Shown: positions 10,417 through 19,559 of the stretch, in pieces
How the letters are laid out: each line of letters starts with the position of its first letter
Numbering within the stretch: the stretch's first letter is position 1
Source: an uncultured Candidatus Rokubacteria bacterium
GTDB taxonomy: Bacteria; Methylomirabilota; Methylomirabilia; Rokubacteriales; CSP1-6
NCBI GenBank assembly: GCA_963771355.1
Contig: CAVYTA010000004.1
Coordinates: 224,001 to 288,000 of the forward strand
DNA: 64,000 bases
Direction: 5' to 3'
Translations under genes and position numbers: made by a program
Notes under the pieces: generated by a model
Told to the model about the DNA's origin: nothing
What the model saw: the letters and a program-made list of their open reading frames with translations, nothing else
Database searches by the model: none

Positions 10417-11144
10417 TACCCCCCGCTCGGGCCCGCGAGACCGATCTTGACGCGCCGGTTGTGGCGGCCCTTGTTGTCGATCTTGAGGATGCGGAGGGGC
10501 CGGGAGCCTCGGGTCGACGCCAGATGCGTCCCGCCGCAGGCCTGCCGGTCGAGCCCGACGATCTCGACGACGCGAATGGTTCCGTCGGACGCCGGCGGCG
10601 GCGCCACCGAGCGGTTGCGGACGAGCCCGTGCTCGGCGAGCGCGTCTGCCTCCGTCACATAGGCGTAGCGGATCGGCAGGTCCTGCCGGATGACGTCGTT
10701 GATCTCGGGCTCGAGCGCGCGGAGCCGCTCGTTGTCGGCGTCGGGCAGGTCGAAATCCATGCGCGCGGTGCCGTCGGCGTTCAACTGGGCGCCGGTGACG
10801 AGCGCGCCCGCGAAATCCCGGAAGACGAGCGCGTTCAGGATGTGCGTGTCCGTGTGGAGCTGCGCCATCATCGAGCGGAAGTCCGCATCCACGCCCGTCT
10901 CCACGACCCCCGCGAGCTCCACCGGCTCGGCGAGGAGATGCCAGAACCCCTCGGCAGTGGCTTCGATGCCGATCACCCGTACCTCGCCGCCGCCCCAGCG
11001 AAGGGAGCCCTGGTCGGCGAGCTGGCCGCCGCCGCCGGGATGAAACGGGCTCTGCTCGAGGATCACCGCGCCCGGCCGCGCATTCACCACGCGGGTCTCG
11101 AGCCGCAGGGTCTCGGGATGCTCGTGGCAGAAGTAGCGGGTCAT
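10416..11144 (-). CDS. Alanyl-tRNA editing protein, AlaX family
   Basis: FHPGGGGQLAD, HTDTH (HxxxH) and QACGGTH (CxxxH) zinc motifs; ATG at 11144. Confidence 0.9.
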   Translation of the reverse strand: MTRYFCHEHPETLRLETRVVNARPGAVILEQSPFHPGGGGQLADQGSLRWGGGEVRVIGIEATAEGFWHLLAEPVELAGVVETGVDADFRSMMAQLHTDTHILNALVFRDFAGALVTGAQLNADGTARMDFDLPDADNERLRALEPEINDVIRQDLPIRYAYVTEADALAEHGLVRNRSVAPPPASDGTIRVVEIVGLDRQACGGTHLASTRGSRPLRILKIDNKGRHNRRVKIGLAGPSGG

Positions 11145-11155
11145 GCTCAGGCTCC

Positions 11156-12682
11156 CTAGCGCGTCCAGCGCAGCCAGGCCGCGAAGAGGCGCTTCACCGT
11201 GGGCGTGAGCCGGGTGCGGTTGTAGGCGTCGCCGAGCTTGCGGATGGCCTCGGCCTGGGTCGGATAGGAGTGGATGACGTCGGCGAGCCGCCCGAGCCCG
11301 ATGCCTCGAGTGACCGCCAGCGTGAGCTCGGGCAGCAGCTCGCCCGCGTGCCGGGCCACGATGGTGGCGCCCACGATCTGGTCGCTGCCGGCCCGCACGT
11401 GGACCTTCACGAAGCCCTCGGTCTCGCCGTCGAGCACGGCACGGTCCACCTCCGCCAGCGGCTGGACGAAGGTGGTCACGCGGAGTCCGCGCGCGGATGC
11501 CGCCTGCGCGTCGAGCCCCACCGAGGCCACCTCGGGATCGGTGTAGGTGCAGCGGGGGACCACCAGGGCGCTGGCGCGGGCGCGGCCGAGGAAGAGCGCG
11601 TTCCGGATGACGAGGCGCGCCTGGAAGTCCGAGTGATGGGTGAACTTCTGCGCCGTGCACACGTCCCCCGCGGCATAGATGCGGGGATTGGTGGTGCGCA
11701 GGCGGTCGTCCACCCGCACGCCCGCGGTGGCGTCGTACGCCACCCCCGCCGCCTCGAGCCCCAGGCCCTCGACGTTGGGCTTGCGCCCCACGCCCACCAG
11801 GATCGCGTCCACCTCGAGCGTCTCGAGGGCGCCGCCCGCGTCCACGTGCAGCGTCCGGCCGCCCGCGCTCCGCTCCACGCGGCGGACGCTCGCGCCCATC
11901 AGGAGCCGCACGCCATCCCGCCCCAGGGCCGCGCGCACCAGGGCGGCGGCGTCCGGGTCCTCGCGGCCCAGCAGCTGCGCTCCCGTCTGGACGAGGGTGA
12001 CCTGCGCGCCGAAGCGCGCGAAGGCCTGGGCCAGCTCGCACCCGATGGGTCCGCCGCCGATCACCGCCAGCCGGCGCGGCAGCGCGGTGAGCGAGAACAC
12101 GGTCTCGTTGGTGAGATAGCCCGCCTCGGTCAGACCCGGGACGGCGGGCACCGCCGCGCGCGCGCCGGTGGCGATCACCGCCTTCTTGAAGCGCAAGGTG
12201 GCGTCGCCGACCGCGACCGCGTCCCGTCCCGTGAACGCGCCCGCGCCGAGGAAGACATCCACGCCCAGCCCCCGGAAGCGCGCGGCGGAGTCGAGGGGGC
12301 TGAGCCCCGCCCGGATGCGCCGCATCCGCTCCATCGCCGCCGCGAAGTCCACCGCCGCCTCGCCGGTGACCCGGACGCCGAAGGCGGCGGCGCCGCGCAC
12401 GTCGGCCACGGCCCGCGCGGATCGGAGCAAGCCCTTCGACGGCACGCAGCCCACGTTCAGACAGTCGCCGCCCATGAGATCCCGCTCGACCAGGGCCACC
12501 TTGGCGCCCAGCCCCGCCGCGCCGGCCGCGGTGACCAGGCCCGCGGTGCCCGCGCCGAGCACCACGAGGTTGTAGCGGGGCGCCGGCGTCGGGTTCACCC
12601 AGTCCGGCGGGTGGACATTGGCGACGAGCGCCTGGTTGTGCGCGTCCCACGGCTCGACGCGCACGGGCGCCGCGGCCCTCAT
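11156..12682 (-). CDS. Flavoprotein disulfide reductase (mercuric reductase/dihydrolipoamide dehydrogenase-like)
   Basis: GAGTAG, GGDCLNVGCVPSK, GGGPIGCE, HSYPTQAE; no C-terminal Cys-Cys pair. Confidence 0.85.
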   Translation of the reverse strand: MRAAAPVRVEPWDAHNQALVANVHPPDWVNPTPAPRYNLVVLGAGTAGLVTAAGAAGLGAKVALVERDLMGGDCLNVGCVPSKGLLRSARAVADVRGAAAFGVRVTGEAAVDFAAAMERMRRIRAGLSPLDSAARFRGLGVDVFLGAGAFTGRDAVAVGDATLRFKKAVIATGARAAVPAVPGLTEAGYLTNETVFSLTALPRRLAVIGGGPIGCELAQAFARFGAQVTLVQTGAQLLGREDPDAAALVRAALGRDGVRLLMGASVRRVERSAGGRTLHVDAGGALETLEVDAILVGVGRKPNVEGLGLEAAGVAYDATAGVRVDDRLRTTNPRIYAAGDVCTAQKFTHHSDFQARLVIRNALFLGRARASALVVPRCTYTDPEVASVGLDAQAASARGLRVTTFVQPLAEVDRAVLDGETEGFVKVHVRAGSDQIVGATIVARHAGELLPELTLAVTRGIGLGRLADVIHSYPTQAEAIRKLGDAYNRTRLTPTVKRLFAAWLRWTR

Positions 12683-13383
12683 AGCGGTACCCGCTTCGCG
12701 AGCGCGGCGCGCGCCACGCGCGCCACGTAGATGGTCACGGCCACCGTGGCCAGGAGCCCGACCGCGTAGAACGCCCACTCGGCCGGGGTGCGCGTGCGCC
12801 CGGTGGCCACGCCGCTCGCGAGATCGCCGGCCAGGGAGCCCAGGTACACGTAGAGCAACACGCCCGGCAGCATGCCCGCCCACGAGGCGATGACGTAGTC
12901 GCGGAGGCGCACGCGGGTGACGCCGAAGGCATAGTTGAGCAGGTTGAAGGGGACCACCGGCGAGAGCCGGAGCAGCGCGACGATCTTCCCGCCCTCGCGC
13001 GCCACCGCGGCGTCGATGGCCTGGAAGCGCGAATCGGCGGCGATGGTGCGCTCGACCCAGCCGCGCGCGACGTAACGCCCCACGAGGAACGCGGCGGTGG
13101 CGCCCAGGGTGGCAGAGATCGAGACCACGGCAATGCCCTTGACCAGGCCGAAGACCGCGCCCGCGCCCACCGAGAGCACCGAGCCGGGCAGGAGGAGCAC
13201 GCAGGCCACCACGTAGAGCGCACAGAACACCACCGGCGCCCAGGGCCCGAGCCCGCGGATCCACTCCAGCGCGCTCACGAGCCACGCCCGGGCGTCCAGG
13301 AGATGCGCCACGAGCAGCAGCGCCGCCACGCCGGCCGCGATCGCGACGACGCGGGCCCGCCCCCCTCCCCGCTGCGAGGTCAT
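12679..13383 (-). CDS. TVP38/TMEM64 (DedA/VTT) family membrane protein
   Basis: LPGSVLSVGAGAVFG, ATLGATAAFLVGRY, LLRLSPVVPFNLLNY. Confidence 0.9.
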   Translation of the reverse strand: MTSQRGGGRARVVAIAAGVAALLLVAHLLDARAWLVSALEWIRGLGPWAPVVFCALYVVACVLLLPGSVLSVGAGAVFGLVKGIAVVSISATLGATAAFLVGRYVARGWVERTIAADSRFQAIDAAVAREGGKIVALLRLSPVVPFNLLNYAFGVTRVRLRDYVIASWAGMLPGVLLYVYLGSLAGDLASGVATGRTRTPAEWAFYAVGLLATVAVTIYVARVARAALAKRVPL

Positions 13384-13390
13384 GTCCCGC

Positions 13391-13400
13391 AGTATAGAAT
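13391..13400. promoter_or_regulatory. Overlapping bidirectional -10 elements, probably leaderless transcripts
   Basis: AGTATAGAAT: TATACT on the - strand 7 nt before ATG 13383; TAGAAT on the + strand 6 nt before GTG 13407. Confidence 0.55.
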
Positions 13401-15122
13401 GTGATCGTGATCCGCCGCCCTGCCTCTCTTTCCGGGATCGTCCTGCTCGCGCTGCTGCTGACGTCGAGCCTCGGGCCCGCTCAGCCCGCCCTGGTTCCGC
13501 CCGGCGCCGAGGAGCTCGCCGCGCACACGGTGGCCCTCACCGCACCCGAGATGGAGGGCCGCGGCTCCGGCACGCCCGGCGGCGCCCTCGCCGCGCGCTA
13601 TATCGAGGAGCGCCTGGCCGCCGCCGGCCTGCGGCCGGGCGGCGACGCCGGCGGCTGGCGCCAGTCCTTCGTGCTGCGCCCGGGCACCCGGCTCGCACCG
13701 GGCAATGCGCTGGCGCGCACCGGCGGCACCCCCCTCGCGCTGGAGGTGTCCCGCGACTGGACCCCCCATGGCGGCGCGCCGGCGAGCGACGTCGAGGCGG
13801 AGCTGGTGTTCGTGGGCCCGGCCGGCGCGGGCAGGGGCGACAGTATGGGCGAGGCCGTGCGGGGGAAGATCGCGCTCGTCCTCGAGGGCGGCGCCACGCG
13901 GCTCGAGCGCCTCATCGCCGCGCGGCGCGCGGGGGCGGTAGCGCTTCTCCTGGTGGGCGACAACCTGCTCGCGCTCGAGCGCACCGCGGTGAGCGCGGGC
14001 CTTCCGTCGGCGACGGTGACGCCGGCGGCCGCCGACCTCCTGCTTGCGCCCGCGGGCATGACGGTGGCGTCGCTGACACGGACGCCGGCGGCCCCGGGGA
14101 GCCCCGCGCCCGTCATCGCCACCGGCGTCACCGCGCGGCTGGCCATCCGCCTCGAGCCCGCCGACCGCCGCGCGGACAATGTCATCGGCATCCTGCCGGG
14201 CACCGATCCCGGGCTGGCGGGCGAATCCGTGGTGATCGGCGCGCACTACGACCACATGGGACGCATCGGCGGCGCCATCTACCACGGCGCCGACGACAAT
14301 GCCTCCGGCACCGCGGTGGTGCTGGGCCTGGCCAAGGCCTTCGCGGCGGCGGGCGGCGCGCCGCGCACGCTCGTGTTCGTCCTCTTCTCCGGCGAGGAGG
14401 TGGGCCTGATCGGCTCCGGCCACTACGTGCGCCATCCGGTGCTGCCCCTCGAGCGCGCGTCGGCCATGGTCAACTTCGACATGGTGGGGCGCATGCGCGA
14501 GGGGCGTGTGACCGTGGCCGGCGTCGAGAGCGGCGACGCGCTGCGCGCGCTGATGACCGCGGCCGCGGCGGGCGTGCCGCTCGCCGTCTCGTATCGCGAA
14601 TCCCCCTTCGCCCCCTCCGACCAGGCGCGGTTCTACGCGGCCGGCGTGCCCGTCCTCTTCTTCACCACCGGGCAGCATCCGGACTACCACCAGCCCACCG
14701 ACACCGCCGACCGCCTCGACACCGCCGGCATGGCGCATATCGCCGCCGTGGGCATGCGCGCGGTGGCGGGCCTGGCGGCCTCCGCGCGCCCGGTCTATGT
14801 GAAGGTGGCGCCCCCCGCGGGCGGCCGCACGCGCGAGGCCACCGGCGCGCGGCCGGCGGGTGGCGCCTTTCTCGGCGTGAGCACGGACGGCGAGGGCGGC
14901 GAGGGGCTGCGCATCGGCGGGGTCGTGCCCGACAGCGGAGCCGAGCGCGGCGGGCTCCGCCCGGGCGACGTGGTCATCCGCATCGACGAGAGCGGCATCG
15001 GCGGCTTCGAGGATCTCGTGGCCGCGCTCGGGCGCCGGCGCCCGGGCGAGACGGCACGCGTGGTCTATCTCCGGGACGGCGAGATCTTCACCGCTCCGGT
15101 CACCCTGGGCGAGCGCCCGTAG
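13401..15122 (+). CDS. Secreted M28 family peptidase with PA and PDZ domains (start 13401 or 13407)
   Basis: MEGRGSGT, GAHYDH, GADDNASG, FSGEEVGLIGS, NFDMVGR, DYHQPTD; C-terminal PDZ. Confidence 0.9.
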   Translation: MIVIRRPASLSGIVLLALLLTSSLGPAQPALVPPGAEELAAHTVALTAPEMEGRGSGTPGGALAARYIEERLAAAGLRPGGDAGGWRQSFVLRPGTRLAPGNALARTGGTPLALEVSRDWTPHGGAPASDVEAELVFVGPAGAGRGDSMGEAVRGKIALVLEGGATRLERLIAARRAGAVALLLVGDNLLALERTAVSAGLPSATVTPAAADLLLAPAGMTVASLTRTPAAPGSPAPVIATGVTARLAIRLEPADRRADNVIGILPGTDPGLAGESVVIGAHYDHMGRIGGAIYHGADDNASGTAVVLGLAKAFAAAGGAPRTLVFVLFSGEEVGLIGSGHYVRHPVLPLERASAMVNFDMVGRMREGRVTVAGVESGDALRALMTAAAAGVPLAVSYRESPFAPSDQARFYAAGVPVLFFTTGQHPDYHQPTDTADRLDTAGMAHIAAVGMRAVAGLAASARPVYVKVAPPAGGRTREATGARPAGGAFLGVSTDGEGGEGLRIGGVVPDSGAERGGLRPGDVVIRIDESGIGGFEDLVAALGRRRPGETARVVYLRDGEIFTAPVTLGERP

Positions 15123-15147
15123 CGCGAGGGCGCGGGAGAGCTTCGAC

Positions 15148-16179
15148 ATGCGGATCGGCATCATCGGCGCGGGCGCCATCGGCAGCGTGGTGGGCGGGCT
15201 CCTCACCAAGGCGGGCAACGACGTGACCCTGGCCGATCAGTGGCCGGAGCACGTCGAGCAGATGCGCACCCACGGCCTGCGCCTCTCCGGCACCTGCGGC
15301 GACCATCTGATTCCCGTGAACGCCATCCACATCCACGAGCTGCAGAAGATCAGCGAGCCCTTCGAGGCGGCCTTCGTGGCGGTGAAGTCCTACGACACCG
15401 AGTGGGCCACCGCGCTCGCCATCCAGTACCTCCGCCGGCCCGACGGCGTGGTGGTGGACTTCCAGAACGGCATCAACGACCACCGCGTGGCCGCGGTGGC
15501 GGGCAAGGAGCGCACGCTCGGCTGCGTCATCACCATCGGCGCGGGCATGTACGAGCCCGGGCACGCCATGCGCACCGACAATGGCAGCGTCGGCTTCAAG
15601 ATCGGTGAGCTGGACGGCAAGGACACCCCGCGCGCGCAGCACCTGGCCAAAGTGCTCAGCGCGGTGGCCGCCACCAAGGTGACGACCAACCTCTTCGGCG
15701 AGCGCTGGTCCAAGCTGGCCGTCAACTGCATGGCCAATCCGATCGCGGGGCTGTCCGGCCTGGGCTCGGCGGAGGTGCGCAGCGAGCCTGTCCCCAGCCG
15801 CATCGCCATCTTCGTGGCCGCGGAGGCCATCCGCGTGGGCCGCGCCGCCGGCTACGAGGTGGAGCCCATCTTCGGCGTCGCCGCCCAGCGCTTCGTGGAC
15901 GCCGCCGCGGGGCACGGCTACGCCGAGCTGGCCGCGGACATGGCGGCCAGCGCGAAGTCCTTCTCCGGCGGCCGCCCGTCCCTCTTGCAGGACGTGATGC
16001 GCGGGCGGCGCACCGAGATCCAGTACCTGAACGGCTACGTCGCGGACGAGGGGCGGCGCCTCGGCGTGCCCACGCCGGTGAACGACGTGGTCGTCAAGAC
16101 CGTGCTCTCCTTCAAGGTGGGCGCGCTCAAGCCGGATCCCAAGAACCTGGAGCCCATCGCCGCCGTCCTGCCGCGCTGA
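15148..16179 (+). CDS. panE: 2-dehydropantoate 2-reductase (ketopantoate reductase family)
   Basis: GAGAIG, VKSYDT, QNG, WSKLAVN, SLLQDV..GRRTE. Confidence 0.8.
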   Translation: MRIGIIGAGAIGSVVGGLLTKAGNDVTLADQWPEHVEQMRTHGLRLSGTCGDHLIPVNAIHIHELQKISEPFEAAFVAVKSYDTEWATALAIQYLRRPDGVVVDFQNGINDHRVAAVAGKERTLGCVITIGAGMYEPGHAMRTDNGSVGFKIGELDGKDTPRAQHLAKVLSAVAATKVTTNLFGERWSKLAVNCMANPIAGLSGLGSAEVRSEPVPSRIAIFVAAEAIRVGRAAGYEVEPIFGVAAQRFVDAAAGHGYAELAADMAASAKSFSGGRPSLLQDVMRGRRTEIQYLNGYVADEGRRLGVPTPVNDVVVKTVLSFKVGALKPDPKNLEPIAAVLPR

Positions 16180-16203
16180 ATCCGCTTCCATGGAGGATCT
16201 TGC

Positions 16204-16497
16204 ATGTGCCGCAACATCAAGACGCTGCACAATTTCAAGCCGCCGGCCACGGATGAGGAGATCCGCGCGTCGTCGCTTCAGTTCGTCCGGAAGCTGAGCG
16301 GCTTCGCGCGGCCGTCCAAGGCCAACGAGGCCGCCTTTGCCCAGGGGGTGGACGAGGTGACACGGGCGGCCCGGACCCTGCTCGGCGCGCTGGTCACTAA
16401 CTCCCCGCCGCGCGATCGTGAGGTTGAAGCGTCGAAGGCCCGCGCGAGAACGGCGGGCCGCTTTCCCGCGCGGGAGTCGGGAGCGAGTTCCGACTGA
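16204..16497 (+). CDS. DUF2277 family protein
   Basis: MCRNIKTLHNFKPPATDEEI...QFVRKLSGF signature. Confidence 0.85.
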   Translation: MCRNIKTLHNFKPPATDEEIRASSLQFVRKLSGFARPSKANEAAFAQGVDEVTRAARTLLGALVTNSPPRDREVEASKARARTAGRFPARESGASSD

Positions 16498-16569
16498 CGC
16501 CGCAGCACTAGCAAGGGAACGCCATGAGGGCACGTCCTGCCGCGCTGACGGGCGTGTCTCCAGGGAGAG

Positions 16570-16637
16570 ATCTACACCCCGTCCTCAACCGCGGCCCCGC
16601 CGGCGTCCGCAGCCCCGCCGACCGCATAGGCCTCTGA
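16570..16637 (+). pseudogene. intI: C-terminal remnant of an integron integrase
   Basis: atc tac acc c-c gtc ctc aac cgc ggc ccc gcc ggc gtc cgc agc ccc gcc gac cgc = IYT(H, 1-nt deletion)VLNRGPAGVRSPADRIGL*, matching the IntI-type terminus IYTHVLNRG..GVRSP.D; no upstream integrase sequence recognisable. Confidence 0.85.
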
Positions 16638-16663
16638 CCCTTCCCCCATGCCCGCAGTCTCCG

Positions 16664-16811
16664 CCGCGCTACACTGGTCCGCCTATCCCCGCCCGCCCCA
16701 CCCCCAGAGTCCAGCCAACTACGCACCACCTGGGCTATCCTTGAAGATAAGGAGACCACCCCAGCGATGCTACACAGCCCCCCTCGCTCGGTCCCCCGCG
16801 CTACACAGACC
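16664..16811 (+). repeat. Direct repeats upstream of attI
   Basis: CCGCGCTACACTGGTCC (16664-16680), ATGCTACACAGCCC (16767-16780), CCGCGCTACACAGACC (16796-16811). Confidence 0.65.
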
Positions 16812-16830
16812 AAGATAATTCTAGTTGGGC
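16811..16830 (+). other. Putative attI site (crossover G|TT at 16824/16825)
   Basis: CAAGATAATTCTAGTTGGGC; no attC hairpin upstream; downstream GTTGGGCGG(G)CT is the reverse complement of AGCCGCCCAAC at the end of cassette 1. Confidence 0.75.
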
Positions 16831-16879
16831 GGGCTATGAGCAAGGCTGGCGATGGTCTCGTGCACGTAAGGCAGCGTAT

Positions 16880-17854
16880 ATGACAGTTTGTCGGCTGGTC
16901 GTCGCGTTGTTGCTGCTTCTCCTCCCGTGTTCCGCCGGAGCCCAGCAAGCCACGAGGATTCCACGCATTGGCGTTCTCAGCCCGGCGCCGATCGGGGCGG
17001 CCTCGGCGTCCCCGTTCTCCGCCCTTCGGGACAAGCTGCGTGAGCTTGGTTACATCGAGGGCCAGAATATAGCGCTGGAGTTCCGCCTCGCAGATGGTCA
17101 CCTCAACCGGTTGCCCGAACTCGCCGCAGATCTCGTCCGCCTACGAGTCGACGTCATCGTGACCGACGGTGGGGATTCCGTGGCTCGTGTCGCTGCGGCT
17201 GCCACCAAGACCATTCCGATCGTGATGGGGACCTCGACTGATCCCGTGGCGAGTGGCCTGGTGGCCAGCATCGCCCAGCCAGGCGGCAACGTCACCGGAT
17301 TCATGCTCCCGTACGCGGACCTCGCAGGAAGACGGTTGCAGCTCCTCAAGGAGATGGTCCCAACCGTCAGCCGCGTAGCTGTCTTGTGGGATGCGGACTC
17401 CGGCGAGCCCCAGCTCCGTGCCGCGGCTGCCGCAGCACCGGCGCTCGGCCTCCACCTCGAGTCCCTGCCGGTGCGCGACCGCGCAGATCTCGACACCGCG
17501 TTCGAAAAGGCCCGTCGCCAGGGCGCCGGGGCCCTGCTGCAGTTGGCCTCGCGGCGGCTGTCCGACAACAGGAAGGCGATCGCCGAACGCGTGCTCAGAT
17601 ATCGACTTCCCGGTGTGTTCGAGCTCGGATTCGCCGAAACTGGTGTCCTCGCCTCCTATGGACCGAGGACCGCGGACAACTTCAGCCGGGCCGCCCTCTA
17701 CGTCGACAGGATCCTGAAGGGCGCGCGCCCCGGCGACCTTCCGGTGCAGTATCCCCTCACGTACTACCTGGAGATCAATCTCCGAACCGCCAAATCTCTC
17801 GGGCTCACGATGCCGCCCTCGGTACTGCTGCAGGCAACGCGGGTCATCGAGTGA
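16880..17854 (+). CDS. Orphan ABC transporter substrate-binding protein (ABC_sub_bind type), cassette 1
   Basis: Signal peptide; LRELGYIEGQN, LPELAADLVRL.VDVIV, DPVASGLVASIAQPGGNVTG, YVDRILKGARPGDLPV, INLRTAKSLGL. Confidence 0.9.
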   Translation: MTVCRLVVALLLLLLPCSAGAQQATRIPRIGVLSPAPIGAASASPFSALRDKLRELGYIEGQNIALEFRLADGHLNRLPELAADLVRLRVDVIVTDGGDSVARVAAAATKTIPIVMGTSTDPVASGLVASIAQPGGNVTGFMLPYADLAGRRLQLLKEMVPTVSRVAVLWDADSGEPQLRAAAAAAPALGLHLESLPVRDRADLDTAFEKARRQGAGALLQLASRRLSDNRKAIAERVLRYRLPGVFELGFAETGVLASYGPRTADNFSRAALYVDRILKGARPGDLPVQYPLTYYLEINLRTAKSLGLTMPPSVLLQATRVIE

Positions 17855-17897
17855 CGCCGCCGTGAAGGGTGTGCCGAGCCAATGCGACGAATCAGCC

Positions 17898-17955
17898 GCC
17901 CAACTCCTGCATTCAGCCGACGCGCTATCGCGCGCGGCTGATGCGGGCGTTGGAC
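17898..17955 (+). other. attC site 1
   Basis: GCCCAAC tcc TGCATTCA GCCGACGCGC tatc GCGCGCGGC TGATGCG ggc GTTGGAC; imperfect palindrome with two extrahelical bases. Confidence 0.9.
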
Positions 17956-17976
17956 GACAACAATAGGTAAACAACG

Positions 17977-18603
17977 TTGAAGCTCCCACCCTTGCCAATC
18001 TTGTCCGACCTGGACGGCACGCTGATTGATTCGAAGGCCTCTGTGGTTGCCGCCTTCCGGTGGTGGGCGGAATCGAAAGGTCTTCCTGCCGATACCGCCT
18101 CGCGCATTCCGTTTGGAAGAACATCAACGGACGCGGCGGCGGTACTTGCGCCACACCTAGATCACATCAAGGAAGGCGCCCTACTTGATCAACGGCAGGA
18201 GCAAGACACCGCCGGCGTCATTGCGCTGGACGGCGCAAGCGAACTCCTTTCATCGCACGACAACTTGGCCATCGTTACGTCCTGTCCACGCCGTCTTGCG
18301 GAAGCTCGGCTGAAAGCAGCGAAGCTACCGACGCCTCGCTTCCTCATCACGCCGGAATGCTGGTCTCGCGGCAAGCCTGACCCTGAGCCCTACTTGCGAG
18401 GAGCGCAGGCGCTTGGTACTGCACCTGAGGCGTGCATCGTGCTGGAGGATGCGCCGTCCGGGGTTGAATCTGGAGTCAGGGCAGGAATGCGAGTCATAGG
18501 AATACTTACAACTCACACGGCGCAGCAACTCTCGGCCGCAACGTGCCTCATCAAGTCCCTGCGTGAGCTTCCAGATGCTTTGCGGTCCGTAAGCAATCAG
18601 TGA
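17977..18603 (+). CDS. HAD-family sugar-phosphatase-like hydrolase (cassette)
   Basis: DLDGTLIDS, IVTS, GKPDPEPY, EDAPSG. Confidence 0.9.
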   Translation: MKLPPLPILSDLDGTLIDSKASVVAAFRWWAESKGLPADTASRIPFGRTSTDAAAVLAPHLDHIKEGALLDQRQEQDTAGVIALDGASELLSSHDNLAIVTSCPRRLAEARLKAAKLPTPRFLITPECWSRGKPDPEPYLRGAQALGTAPEACIVLEDAPSGVESGVRAGMRVIGILTTHTAQQLSAATCLIKSLRELPDALRSVSNQ

Positions 18604-18610
18604 AGTTGTC

Positions 18611-18706
18611 GTCCAACCCATCGCTGCAGCGGACGGTCCCGCCTTCGGCGGTCCTTCCCTCCGCGCGCTTCGCGCGCGTCGGCGCCGCTGAGCTTAGTCG
18701 TTAGGC
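18611..18706 (+). other. attC site 2
   Basis: GTCCAAC..GCTGCAGCGG...CCGCTGAGC..GTTAGGC with two internal TTC-loop hairpins. Confidence 0.9.
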
Positions 18707-18709
18707 GTC

Positions 18710-19009
18710 ATGACGCCAATTACTCCAGCAGTCTCGCAGAAGATCGATGCACTCTTTCTGCCAGAGAGCAGAGACGCAGCGCGGCGACTGCTCGCGGAGC
18801 GGTGCGGGACTGACCTTCCCCTTTCGACTCACATGGGACCCGATCCTTCCGGCTTTGACCGCGTTCGCTTTGCAGTCCTGAAGCTGTCACGCGGGGACTT
18901 GGAGCGGCTGCGGCGAGAGATAGAGGGCGCGCACTGCGACTGGCGTGACACTTTGATGGCGGCTGGGTTCGGCGAGGACATTCATGCACATTTGCAATGG
19001 AACCCTTGA
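18710..19009 (+). CDS. Hypothetical protein (cassette)
   Basis: ORF fills the space between attC2 and attC3; RVRFAVLKLS.GD...DWRDTLMAAGF. Confidence 0.75.
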   Translation: MTPITPAVSQKIDALFLPESRDAARRLLAERCGTDLPLSTHMGPDPSGFDRVRFAVLKLSRGDLERLRREIEGAHCDWRDTLMAAGFGEDIHAHLQWNP

Positions 19010-19010
19010 T

Positions 19011-19102
19011 GCCTAACCATGCGCTCAGCGAACCCGGCCATCGCGCTCTGGTGGCAATCCACGCCTCCCGTGGGCCGGGTCGCTGAGCTTGGGTCGTTAG
19101 GC
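19011..19102 (+). other. attC site 3
   Basis: GCCTAAC..GCTCAGCGAACCCGGCC...GGCCGGGTCGCTGAGC..GTTAGGC. Confidence 0.9.
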
Positions 19103-19122
19103 GCAACAACGAGGAGACTTGC

Positions 19123-19527
19123 ATGTCGCAGGAAGAGAACAAAGCGATCGTGCGGCGATTCTTCGAGGAAGCGTGGAATCAGCAGAACTTGAACGTCATC
19201 GATGAGATCTTCGCTCCGACCGTAGTGTTCAACGGGCAGCCGATCACTCGCGACGCGCTCAAGCAGGCTCTCGCAGGTCGCCGTACCGCGTTCCCCGATA
19301 TCCAGGTTACGGTTGACGATCAGATCGCCGAGGGCGAGAAGGTGTCGACACGCCGGACGTGGCAAGCCACTCACCGGGGTCAGTATCGCGGGATTGCCCC
19401 GACTGGTAAGCAGGTGAAATGGACCCAGATCAGTGTCGTTCGATTTTCCCAGGGCCGGATCGTGGAGGATTGGGCCGTCGCCGACGAGTTGGGCATACTG
19501 CAGCAGCTGGGAGCGTTGCCCACGTGA
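19123..19527 (+). CDS. SnoaL-like ester cyclase (cassette)
   Basis: EENKAIVRRF, AFPD, IAEGEKV, GIAPTGK, LGILQQLG. Confidence 0.9.
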   Translation: MSQEENKAIVRRFFEEAWNQQNLNVIDEIFAPTVVFNGQPITRDALKQALAGRRTAFPDIQVTVDDQIAEGEKVSTRRTWQATHRGQYRGIAPTGKQVKWTQISVVRFSQGRIVEDWAVADELGILQQLGALPT

Positions 19528-19559
19528 CGAGTGCTTGCGAAGGACGCGGCAGCCTCGGT

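Noticed and set aside
11156..12682. merA / mercury resistance
   Set aside because: No C-terminal Cys-Cys pair, no NmerA domain, and no merR/T/P nearby; treated as a generic disulfide reductase.
16741..16780. Pc cassette promoter (TTGAAG…TACACA)
   Set aside because: Spacing is incompatible with sigma70, and the hexamer is part of the direct repeat.
16418..17101. ORFs 16418-16744 (+) and 16508-17101 (-) as an intact integrase
   Set aside because: Neither carries tyrosine-recombinase motifs; the IntI similarity is limited to 16570-16637 across a frameshift.
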